The translations under genes and the position numbers were made by a program. From Candidatus Promineifilaceae bacterium (lineage in GTDB: Bacteria; Chloroflexota; Anaerolineae; Promineifilales; Promineifilaceae), in the NCBI GenBank assembly GCA_049281335.1, contig JBAPRX010000684.1, positions 1-43,235 on the forward strand: 43,235 nt of DNA, in the 5' to 3' direction. Under the pieces are notes generated by a model that was given only the letters and a program-made list of their open reading frames with translations, did not search any database and had not been told where the DNA came from. Of this stretch, positions 35,204 through 43,199 are shown one piece after another. Each line of letters starts with the position of its first letter. Position 1 is the first letter of the stretch.

Positions 35204-37159
35204 TCAGGCTGGTAGTGCGTAGAAATTGTGGTCGGTAGAGCCAAAGTAGACAATACCCTCGTTAACGATGGGGGAGGAAAGCACCATGCCCTGTGTTTTG
35301 AATTTCCATCTCAATTTTCCTCGTTTGCTTTCAACACTATATAGATAGCCGTCTGTTGAACCAAAGTATACGGCATCTTCCCAAACAGCGGGAGAGCAGT
35401 TGATCTGTCCCTCGGATTCAAAGGTCCAGGCTTTACGTCCGGAGTGGAGATCGATGGCATAAAGGTCGCCATCTGAGGAACCAATAAAGACAACACCATT
35501 GGAAATAATGGGGGAGGAAACAATGGAACGGCGTGCCCGCAGACGCCAGATAGCCCAGCCAGAACTCGCATCCAGGGCGTAGACAGTGGAGTCCATTGAG
35601 CCAACAAGAACCATGTCTTCCTCAAAAGTGGGGGAGGAGGTCACAGAACGTTTAGCCTGGAACTGCCATTTTACTTCACCAGCCAGATCGACACAGAAAA
35701 CGTAGCCGCCTTCTGTTCCGAAATAAATGCGCTCACCGGTGATACAAGGGGAAGAACGCACCATACCATGAGCCTTTGCCTTCCAGGCCATGCGGCCAGT
35801 TGAAACATTTACCGCATAGAGAAAGCCATCGTCTGAACCAAAAAACACATGGTCAAAATCTGCTCGTGGTGATGAATGAACCGGTGCGCCAGTTTCAAAT
35901 TTCCAGTTGAGTCGGCCGTTTTGCCGCCGCAAACTGTATAGATGATTGTCAGAAGAGCCGATGAAGACAGAATCTTCATAGACGTAAGGAGAGGAAGCAA
36001 TGCCATCGGAGGAAGGGTATTTCCACAGAAACTGGCCGTTGTCAGACCGCAGCGCGTATAGATTGTTGTCGTAAGCGCCAACGTAAATGATGCCTCCAGC
36101 CAGAGCAGCCGTTGAGCGAATTTCATCTTCGCATTTAAAAGACCAGATGGGTGTTATCTTACCTCCGATCTCCGCGATTGACTCTTGATCGCCCTCTGCT
36201 GGAACCAGAGCGATGCCAGCACCTTCATTGGTGTGCTGCATCAGCTTTTCACTCAGCGTCAACTTTCCTGTTCCGGGCCGGGCCAGCATCCTTAAAGCCG
36301 CCAACAACACACTGGCATTCTCAAAACGATCAGCAACGTTATATGAAAGACAGCGGTTGATAATGGCTTCAAAAGAAGTGGAAACAGAGGGGTTTTGGGC
36401 GCTAATCGGCCGTTCGCTAAATGAGAAAGGCGGTTCCATGCGGGGGTCTTGGCCGGTCAACAAGTGATGGACGGTAGCTCCCAAAGCATAGACGTCTCCG
36501 GCAGGGCTGGATTCACCCCGATATTGTTCGGGGGGTGAATAACCCTCGGTACCAATCATGGTTCCTTTTTCACCAACTTCAAAGACTTTGGCAATATTGA
36601 AGTCAATGAGACGAATACGGCCGTGAGGGTCCAACATGATGTTGGACGGTTTCAGGTCACGGAAGATAACGGGCTGCGGTTTGTGTTCGTGCAAATGGGC
36701 CAGCACCTCACACAGTTGAAGCATCCAGTCAAAAACAGTTTCCTGGGGGAATTTCTCGTTTTGTTCGATTGTCAGGGCTTCCAGATCGTGGCCGCGAATA
36801 AATTCCATGACCAGATAGCTGCGACTCTCCTCAGTGAAAAAATCATAGACATCGGGAATGGCAGGATGGTCGAGCGTCGCCAGGATACTGGCTTCCCGTT
36901 CAAAGGATTTAACTGCCATTTCATGCACGCGGGGATCAGTCGCCAGGTTGACCATTTCCTTAACGGCACAAAGGCGCGTGACTGTTGGGAAATGTAAGTC
37001 CCTTGCCTGGTAGACAGAGCTAAATCCACCTACGCCGAGCATACCAACGATCTTGTACCGATCTTGGAGCATCGTGCCAGGTTGAAGTTGCTCTCGTTGA
37101 CTGGTTTTGCGAAAGCGAGTTTGCTTTCGTGCTAGCTGTCTAGTTGTTAATCCGCCCAT
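35204..37159 (-). CDS. Hanks-type Ser/Thr protein kinase fused to an eight-repeat PQQ-like beta-propeller; no TM segment apparent
   Basis: GVGGFSSVY (G-loop), CAVKEM (Lys), IFRDLKPSN (catalytic loop), IDFNIAKV and GTEGYSPPE. Eight repeats of the type YVGAYDNNLYALRSDNGQFLWKY follow. Confidence 0.92.
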   Translation of the reverse strand: MGGLTTRQLARKQTRFRKTSQREQLQPGTMLQDRYKIVGMLGVGGFSSVYQARDLHFPTVTRLCAVKEMVNLATDPRVHEMAVKSFEREASILATLDHPAIPDVYDFFTEESRSYLVMEFIRGHDLEALTIEQNEKFPQETVFDWMLQLCEVLAHLHEHKPQPVIFRDLKPSNIMLDPHGRIRLIDFNIAKVFEVGEKGTMIGTEGYSPPEQYRGESSPAGDVYALGATVHHLLTGQDPRMEPPFSFSERPISAQNPSVSTSFEAIINRCLSYNVADRFENASVLLAALRMLARPGTGKLTLSEKLMQHTNEGAGIALVPAEGDQESIAEIGGKITPIWSFKCEDEIRSTAALAGGIIYVGAYDNNLYALRSDNGQFLWKYPSSDGIASSPYVYEDSVFIGSSDNHLYSLRRQNGRLNWKFETGAPVHSSPRADFDHVFFGSDDGFLYAVNVSTGRMAWKAKAHGMVRSSPCITGERIYFGTEGGYVFCVDLAGEVKWQFQAKRSVTSSPTFEEDMVLVGSMDSTVYALDASSGWAIWRLRARRSIVSSPIISNGVVFIGSSDGDLYAIDLHSGRKAWTFESEGQINCSPAVWEDAVYFGSTDGYLYSVESKRGKLRWKFKTQGMVLSSPIVNEGIVYFGSTDHNFYALPA

Positions 37160-37167
37160 AACTTCCT

Positions 37168-37196
37168 ATTATATGTTCACCCAATTGATCAAGCAA
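37168..37196 (-). promoter_or_regulatory. Candidate promoter of the kinase cluster
   Basis: Minus strand reads TTGCTT (37196..37191), a 17-nt spacer, then TATAAT (37173..37168). The ATG follows 8 nt after the -10. Confidence 0.45.
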
Positions 37197-37203
37197 TCCA
37201 CCT

Positions 37204-37962
37204 TTAATCCTGTATGACCGACCATAACCTCTCTCCGCCTACCGCATTAATATAGGCTCGAACCTGGGATGCCAACGCCTGTTGATCCTCAAAAAAGGTG
37301 CTAATTTGGGACTTGAAGCATTGGATAGCGTTAATTCTGGTGGTGATGGCTTTTTCGGTCAGTTCTACAACCCTGGCTACCCATCGGCCGTCTTCCTGGG
37401 CTATCTGTTGTTCGGCCGAGAAGGTGTCAGCATAGGGGTAATCTTCGTAGTAAAGCAAGTTGGCGGTTGAAAAACAGCATTCCGCTGCCTGCCGGGTTAG
37501 CTGGTGGTCGACATGGTGGCCGAGTGTCAGCGGCAAGAAAAGTTGCTCGCAGGATGGGAGCTGGGCCATTCTTTTGGAGAGCTTCTCTACCAGGGCGTTT
37601 TCGGCCGGATCAATTTCTCCAAAGATATCCTGGTTGGAGGTGTAATACGGCCGTTGTGTCACAGAGTCAACGCGGTAAATACAGTCCAAAAAGTCCCAGT
37701 GCTGCCAATCTGCACCCATGACATGGCAGGCAGCCACATCTTCCGTCCGTCTTGACTGTACAACCTCGTCTAGCAACTGCCATCGTTGGTGCAGGGATTG
37801 AGCATATTCAGAAGGAGTCCTGCCAACCGGATTGCCCGCCATAATAGTGACAACGAGAGCGGTTTCTCCCTTCTCCGTCAACTCGGAAATCTGGCCGCCA
37901 CAAGAAAGGGCAGCATCATCTAAATGAGGGGAAAGGTAAATAGCCTGGTAATGGTCTTTCAT
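37204..37962 (-). CDS. PIG-L/LmbE family deacetylase
   Basis: IYLSPHLDDAALSCGG (PIG-L signature) and LGHHVDHQ. ATG at 37962 (MKDHYQ), with an alternative TTG at 37995. Confidence 0.8.
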   Translation of the reverse strand: MKDHYQAIYLSPHLDDAALSCGGQISELTEKGETALVVTIMAGNPVGRTPSEYAQSLHQRWQLLDEVVQSRRTEDVAACHVMGADWQHWDFLDCIYRVDSVTQRPYYTSNQDIFGEIDPAENALVEKLSKRMAQLPSCEQLFLPLTLGHHVDHQLTRQAAECCFSTANLLYYEDYPYADTFSAEQQIAQEDGRWVARVVELTEKAITTRINAIQCFKSQISTFFEDQQALASQVRAYINAVGGERLWSVIQD

Positions 37963-38115
37963 TTTATATTCAAGCGCAGGGGCTTTATATAACAAGAAAC
38001 ATTGTAGAACCGGATGGATACCGGATAAGTCGTCAACTACCTGACACTAAGTATAAACATAGGGTTAACTGAATGATAGTCAATTGCCTGACACTTGCGA
38101 CTGGCACTTTTGTAC

Positions 38116-38144
38116 TGGCTTAGGTCTTATTTGGTAACTATAAT
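38116..38144 (+). promoter_or_regulatory. Candidate moaC promoter giving a leaderless or near-leaderless mRNA
   Basis: TATAAT at 38139..38144 lies only 8 nt before the moaC ATG, with no Shine-Dalgarno between. The -35 (TGGCTT) is poor. Confidence 0.35.
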
Positions 38145-38152
38145 AAGCGCTT

Positions 38153-38632
38153 ATGTCTAAACAACTCACACATATTGATGAAGCTGGTCAGGCCAGGATG
38201 GTGGATGTCGGTTACAAGCCGGACACTGAACGGGTTGCGGTTGCACGTGGGGCAGTTTCTATGAAGCCGGATACTTTGCAGCTTATTATAGAAGGAAATA
38301 TGAAAAAAGGGGATGTTTTGACCGTTGCCCAACTGGCAGGTGTGATGGCAGCAAAGAAAACCAGTGATCTCATTCCCCTTTGCCACCCATTGTTGTTAAG
38401 TCACATTGACGTGAGATGCGAACCAAACACGGCCGAAAGCCGGGTTGATATTGAAGCCACCGTTCGCCTGCGAGGAAAGACAGGAGTAGAGATGGAAGCG
38501 TTGACGGCCGTTACCGTTGCCGGGCTGACAATTTACGATATGGCAAAAGCTGTAGATAGAACTATGCAGATTACAGAAGTTCGGCTGGTTCACAAATCAG
38601 GCGGCAAAAGCGGCACCTTCACGGCAACTTGA
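38153..38632 (+). CDS. moaC: Cyclic pyranopterin monophosphate synthase MoaC
   Basis: [15 protein letters not shown] ... [13 protein letters not shown] ... GVEMEALTA. 159 aa. Confidence 0.95.
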   Translation: MSKQLTHIDEAGQARMVDVGYKPDTERVAVARGAVSMKPDTLQLIIEGNMKKGDVLTVAQLAGVMAAKKTSDLIPLCHPLLLSHIDVRCEPNTAESRVDIEATVRLRGKTGVEMEALTAVTVAGLTIYDMAKAVDRTMQITEVRLVHKSGGKSGTFTAT

Positions 38633-38724
38633 AAGTAGATTTTTCTCACGCAAAGCCACAAAGGGCGCAAAGAAGAAGCTCTTGGCCGCATTACGTGAGC
38701 TTCTTGTTCGAGGATAAGAAAACA

Positions 38725-39441
38725 TTGAATTTCCAGATTCGATTGTTCGCAACATTGAAAGATCGGGCCGGGCAGGGACAGATTCAAGTATCAGTTCCCG
38801 CCCCAGCGACTGTTGAGGCATTGTTGCGGGAAACGGCCGAACAGTTTCCCCAACTGGCCTCCGCTTTGCCAACTGTTTTGGTTTCAGTCAATAAAGCCTA
38901 TGCTGGGAAAGAGACGCCTTTACAGTCCGGTGACGAGGTGGCCTTGTTTCCACCGGTCAGCGGTGGTGCAGAAGCGCCCCATCCGACTTTCTTTGCCATT
39001 ACTCATGAAGAAATGGACCTAAACGCCATCCGGGCCAGCATTGGCGGGCCGGATATTGGGGCGGTTGTCACCTTCTCCGGGTCCGTTCGAGGGGAAACGG
39101 AACGAGAAGGACTCCCCCCTGAGACGCTCTATCTGGAATATGAAGCCTATGAGGAAATGGCAACGGTAAAGATGGCCCAGGTTGCCCGCGAGATATGGCA
39201 GCAGTGGCCGCTGGTAAAAGGTGTTGCCATTGTCCAACGGATTGGTAAACTGGACATAGGTGAAATAACGACGATCGTCGCCTGCGCTTCTGCCCATCGA
39301 GATCAGGGAGTGTTCGAGGCGGCTCGTTATGGCATTGACCGTTTGAAGCAAATTGTGCCGGTGTGGAAAAAGGAAGTTGGCCGGGACAACAGCTTGTGGG
39401 TTGAAGGCGATTATCGGCCGACAGAGGCTGATAATGCCTGA
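38725..39441 (+). CDS. Fused molybdopterin synthase MoaD-MoaE
   Basis: The MoaD part runs from (M)NFQIRLFATLKDRAG to GDEVALFPPVSGG. It is followed directly by a MoaE part (VVTFSGSVRGE...YEAYEEMA...IVACASAHRD...IVPVWKKE). The TTG start at 38725 after GAGGAT is preferred; the track start at 38629 would add 32 non-descript residues. Confidence 0.82.
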   Translation: MNFQIRLFATLKDRAGQGQIQVSVPAPATVEALLRETAEQFPQLASALPTVLVSVNKAYAGKETPLQSGDEVALFPPVSGGAEAPHPTFFAITHEEMDLNAIRASIGGPDIGAVVTFSGSVRGETEREGLPPETLYLEYEAYEEMATVKMAQVAREIWQQWPLVKGVAIVQRIGKLDIGEITTIVACASAHRDQGVFEAARYGIDRLKQIVPVWKKEVGRDNSLWVEGDYRPTEADNA

Positions 39442-39608
39442 TCGGCCGCAAAACCAATTAGTGGCCGTCCGCAAATAAGGGCGTATTCATGTGGTGCGGA
39501 ATTGCGCGGACGGTTTAGGAGTAAGCGGCCTCCTGATTAGATATTTTATTGCCGGTCGCTTACTTAATTAAAAAAGCACAACTGATCACACCTTTAAGGT
39601 GTTCAAAG

Positions 39609-40250
39609 ATGTACGTGGAAAATACCTTTAGGAGGGATTACGAAATTATGAAACGGAACAAGCTTATCATGGGATTAGCGCTCTTCTTACTGGCTCCTCC
39701 CATGCAAGAAAGCACCGGGTTCCTGGGCTTTGACTGGTGGATTTGGATACTCGCTGGTGTCCTCTTATTACTTCTGCTTTTGATTATTGGCTACGTGCTT
39801 CAAAATGAACCAGGCCCGCCGATACCTGAACGCGAGTCAAGGATGTACATAACGCCTTCAACAGCCGCCAGAACCCAGGTGGAAGAACTTGAGAAACCAG
39901 AAGCACCAGCGCAACCAGAACCTGCTCCCCAACCAGCGGAAGAGTCGGAAGTGGAAGAGCCAGCAGCGGAGCCGGTTCCTGGTAAGCCAGCGCCGAAACC
40001 GGAGAATTTAACCCGAATTGAAGGTATTGGGCCGAAGGTTGCCGGACTGCTCAATGAAGCTGGCATTACTACTTTTACTGCCCTCGCTGAAACGGATGTC
40101 ACACGGCTGAAAGAGATTTTAGAGAAAGCCGAGCTTCAATTCATGGACCCCGGAAGCTGGCCCGAACAGGCGGCGTTGGCTTCCAAAGGCGATTGGGAAG
40201 CCTTTGAAAAACTGACGGACGAATTAAAAGGCGGCCGTCAGACTAGCTGA
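39609..40250 (+). CDS. Membrane-anchored protein with a Pro/Glu-rich linker and a C-terminal helix-hairpin-helix domain
   Basis: KRNKLIMGLALFLLAPP plus a second TM (WWIWILAGVLLLLLLLIIGYVL), a PEAPAQPEPAPQPAEE linker, then NLTRIEGIGPKVAGLLNEAGITTF (HhH). The ATG at 39609 follows AAGGTG. An alternative ATG is at 39648. Confidence 0.6.
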   Translation: MYVENTFRRDYEIMKRNKLIMGLALFLLAPPMQESTGFLGFDWWIWILAGVLLLLLLLIIGYVLQNEPGPPIPERESRMYITPSTAARTQVEELEKPEAPAQPEPAPQPAEESEVEEPAAEPVPGKPAPKPENLTRIEGIGPKVAGLLNEAGITTFTALAETDVTRLKEILEKAELQFMDPGSWPEQAALASKGDWEAFEKLTDELKGGRQTS

Positions 40251-40267
40251 TTGGAGAATGGAAAAAG

Positions 40268-41521
40268 ATGGATAGAAATAATGGATACCACTCTCACCGG
40301 GTTGTCATAACCGGCACAGGCGTTATCACACCGGTCGGCAATAATGTGCCTGATACATGGGCAGCTATCTTGGCCGGTAAATCTGGGTTTGGAGATTTCA
40401 CCTTTACCAATCGAGGCGAACATACCTCCGGGGGCGTTTGCGAAATCAAAGATTTTGATCCGGCAGAGGTAATCGGCCGTCGAGATGCTCGCCGACGGGA
40501 TCGTTACCAACAATTGGCAACGGTGGCCGCCGGTGAGGCCATGACCCAATCTGGCCTGAAAATCACTGACGAGAACCGCGAACGGATCGGAATTTACCTG
40601 GGAACCGGTGTTGGCGGTATTCAAACTCTCGTCGAACAAGAACATGTCGTGATGGAGAGCGGCTTGCGACGTCTCAGCCCGTTTGGTATTACGATGATTA
40701 TGCCCAACGGGGCCGGTGGGATGCTGGCAATTGACTACGGCATTCACGGCCCCAGCCCGACGATCACAACGGCTTGTGCTGCTGGCGTAGACGCCATCGG
40801 CCATGCTTTCCGGGCGGTACGGCGCGGAGAGTTGGACGCCGTTCTGACCGGCGGAGCGGAATGTGTGCTGACCTCTGTCGCCATCGGCGGCTTTGAACGA
40901 GCCGGGGCAACTTCCTCCAAGCGTTCCAACACGCCCCAACCCTTTGACAAGAACCGGGATGGTTTAATTGTCGGGGAAGGGGCAGGAATGCTGATCATTG
41001 AAACGCTGGAACACGCCCAGGCTCGCGGCGCGACGATTCTAGGCGAGATCGTGGGCTATGGTCAGACAACAGATGCTTATCATATTACCGCCCCGGCAGA
41101 AGGGGGCGAAGGGGCTGCCCGTGCTATCCGGCAAGCATTGCAAGACGCCAATCTGGAAGCGGCCGATGTGGATTACGTCAGCGCTCATGGAACAGCCACC
41201 CCCTTGAATGACCAGTATGAGACGATGGCGATTAAAGCCGCGCTGGGGGAACATGCTTATGATGTCGCCGTCAGCTCTACCAAGTCCATGACCGGCCACA
41301 TTATGGGTGCGACCGGGGCCATCGAGAGTGTCTTCTGCACATTGGCAATCCAGCAAAATATCGCCCCGCCAACCATTAATTACGAAACAGCCGATCCTGA
41401 ATGTGACCTGGATTATGTCCCCAACCATTCACGGCAGATGCCGATCCGAGTCGCGATCAACAATGCCTTTGGTTTTGGCGGACATAATGCGGTGTTGGTG
41501 TTTAAGGAGTTTGTGCCGTAG
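40268..41521 (+). CDS. fabF: 3-oxoacyl-[ACP] synthase II
   Basis: HRVVITGTGVITPVG, active-site ITTACAAG, and SAHGTATPLND plus GHIMGATG (His-His). The C-terminus is FGFGGHNAVLVF. Confidence 0.95.
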   Translation: MDRNNGYHSHRVVITGTGVITPVGNNVPDTWAAILAGKSGFGDFTFTNRGEHTSGGVCEIKDFDPAEVIGRRDARRRDRYQQLATVAAGEAMTQSGLKITDENRERIGIYLGTGVGGIQTLVEQEHVVMESGLRRLSPFGITMIMPNGAGGMLAIDYGIHGPSPTITTACAAGVDAIGHAFRAVRRGELDAVLTGGAECVLTSVAIGGFERAGATSSKRSNTPQPFDKNRDGLIVGEGAGMLIIETLEHAQARGATILGEIVGYGQTTDAYHITAPAEGGEGAARAIRQALQDANLEAADVDYVSAHGTATPLNDQYETMAIKAALGEHAYDVAVSSTKSMTGHIMGATGAIESVFCTLAIQQNIAPPTINYETADPECDLDYVPNHSRQMPIRVAINNAFGFGGHNAVLVFKEFVP

Positions 41522-41547
41522 CAATTGACCGGAAAAAATTGTAATTG

Positions 41548-41594
41548 GTAATTGGGTAATTATCTCACCTGAAGTGCGCCAATTACCCAATTGC
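41548..41594 (+). repeat. AATTGGGTAATT-family hairpin in the fabF-rnc spacer
   Basis: aattgggtaatt (41550..41561) and aattacccaatt (41581..41592) form a 12-bp perfect stem, extendable to 14 bp, with a 19-nt loop. It ends 16 nt before the rnc ATG. Confidence 0.55.
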
Positions 41595-41610
41595 TCAATA
41601 AATTAACTTG

Positions 41611-42357
41611 ATGGACGATTTGAAAGAACTGGAAGTACGGTTGGGGGTGCAGTTTAACGACTATTCGTTGTTGACACGGGCTGTGACCCACCGTTCTTAC
41701 CTGAACGAAAATCTGGAACAATCTCTGGAAGACAATGAGCGCCTTGAGTTTTTGGGCGATGCCGTTCTGGATTTTGTCGTTGGCGCATATCTGTACCATC
41801 GTTACCCGGAAATGAAAGAGGGGGAGTTAACGATGCTGCGGGCGGCATTAGTGCGGACGGAGACGCTGGCGGAGTTTGCCCGCGAGGTGTCGCTGGGAGA
41901 GTATCTGCGCCTGGGATATGGGGAAGCGGAAAGCGGCGGCCGAGATCGTCCGGCAATTCTGTGCGGCGCTTTCGAAGCCACCATAGGCGCTATCTTTCTG
42001 GACAAAGGTCTGCCCGTTGTGGAGGAGTTGGTAACTTCCCTCATTGAGCCAGCATTAACGGAGATATTGGCAGAAGCAGCCCACAAAGATGCCAAAAGTG
42101 GCTTCCAAATTTGGGCGCAGGGTCGTTATAACATTACCCCCCGATATAAAGTCATTGCGGCCGAAGGGCCGGATCATGCCAAAGTCTTTACTGTTGCTGT
42201 GATGCTAGGGGACGAGATTTGGGGGGAAGGAACCGGACGCAGTAAACAGAATGCGGCTCAGGAAGCGGCGGCGGTCGCTCTGGAAAAAGCTGAAACGATT
42301 TTGGACGACGAGGAATTGGAAACGGCCGATGAAGTTGAGGGTATGTTTCCTTCTTGA
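41611..42357 (+). CDS. rnc: Ribonuclease III
   Basis: NERLEFLGDAVLDF is the RNase III signature. It is followed by a C-terminal dsRBD (PDHAKVFTVAVMLGDEIWGEGTGRSKQNAAQEAA). Confidence 0.93.
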   Translation: MDDLKELEVRLGVQFNDYSLLTRAVTHRSYLNENLEQSLEDNERLEFLGDAVLDFVVGAYLYHRYPEMKEGELTMLRAALVRTETLAEFAREVSLGEYLRLGYGEAESGGRDRPAILCGAFEATIGAIFLDKGLPVVEELVTSLIEPALTEILAEAAHKDAKSGFQIWAQGRYNITPRYKVIAAEGPDHAKVFTVAVMLGDEIWGEGTGRSKQNAAQEAAAVALEKAETILDDEELETADEVEGMFPS

Positions 42358-42359
42358 CC

Positions 42360-43199
42360 ATGCCCAAACGCATCTTAATCACCGGTGGCAGCAGCTATCT
42401 CGGTCAGCATTTACTCCCCCTTGCCTGCAAACAATATCAGGTTCTTTATACCTACTTTCACCACAAGCCACCCACAGCGCCGACTGACGGCCGTCCATTA
42501 GACCTCCGCGATTTTGAGGCTGTTGGTCGACTGGTATCGGCCTGGCAGCCAGAGGCGATTATTCATCTGGCCGGTTCCGACCGTTCGGAAGATATGTCGG
42601 CCGTTATCTGTCAGGGCGCGGAAAACATCGTTCAGGCAGCCCAGGGGGTCAATGCTCGCCTCATCCATCTCTCAACCGATGTGCTATTTGACGGCCGTCA
42701 TGGGCCGTATACCGAATCATCCCCGCCCAGCCCCATCCACCCATACGGAGAAGCGAAAGCAGCGGCCGAATCTATCGTCGCCGCCTATGCCAACCACGTC
42801 ATTGTTCGCACCTCGCTCATTTACAGCCTGACCGTCATGGACTATGCCACCAGATGGCTGGTATCGGCGCTGGAATCAGGGAAAGCCGTTACCCTGTTTG
42901 ACGATCAGTTTCGCAATCCCGTCTGGACGGATACACTGTCATGGGCCTGCCTGGAACTGGTGGAACTGGATTTTCGTGGCATTTTGAATGTCGCTGGAAG
43001 CCAGGTTTTGAATCGGGCTGAATTTGGAATGCGAATGCTTGATTGGTGGAATGTTCAGGAACGGGCAACGCTCTCTACCGGCCCCTCTCCGGCCACCTGG
43101 CCCAAAGACTGCCGCCTGGATGTCTCGCTGGCAGGGCAGGTGTTGTTGACCAATATGGCCGGGGTGGACACTGTTCTGGCTGCCCATAATTCATCATGA
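42360..43199 (+). CDS. RmlD-like NAD(P)-dependent sugar-nucleotide reductase (dTDP-4-dehydrorhamnose reductase family)
   Basis: ILITGGSSYLGQHL (Rossmann fold), LIHLSTDVLFDG and HPYGEAKAAAE (YxxxK). An alternative TTG start at 42354 overlaps the rnc stop. Confidence 0.72.
   Translation: MPKRILITGGSSYLGQHLLPLACKQYQVLYTYFHHKPPTAPTDGRPLDLRDFEAVGRLVSAWQPEAIIHLAGSDRSEDMSAVICQGAENIVQAAQGVNARLIHLSTDVLFDGRHGPYTESSPPSPIHPYGEAKAAAESIVAAYANHVIVRTSLIYSLTVMDYATRWLVSALESGKAVTLFDDQFRNPVWTDTLSWACLELVELDFRGILNVAGSQVLNRAEFGMRMLDWWNVQERATLSTGPSPATWPKDCRLDVSLAGQVLLTNMAGVDTVLAAHNSS

Noticed and set aside
37996-38152. Moco riboswitch upstream of moaC
   Set aside because: The candidate -10 sits 8 nt from the ATG, leaving essentially no 5' UTR. 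No Moco-motif-like conserved helices were seen.
38629-38724. Track start (TTG overlapping the moaC stop), which adds 32 residues to MoaD-MoaE
   Set aside because: The extension ([32 protein letters not shown]) has no MoaD similarity, and the DNA there forms nested hairpins. The TTG at 38725 after GAGGAT starts exactly at the conserved MoaD N-terminus. This remains uncertain.
40238-40939. 233-aa minus-strand ORF opposite fabF
   Set aside because: It is an antisense artefact. fabF active-site motifs are intact on the plus strand.
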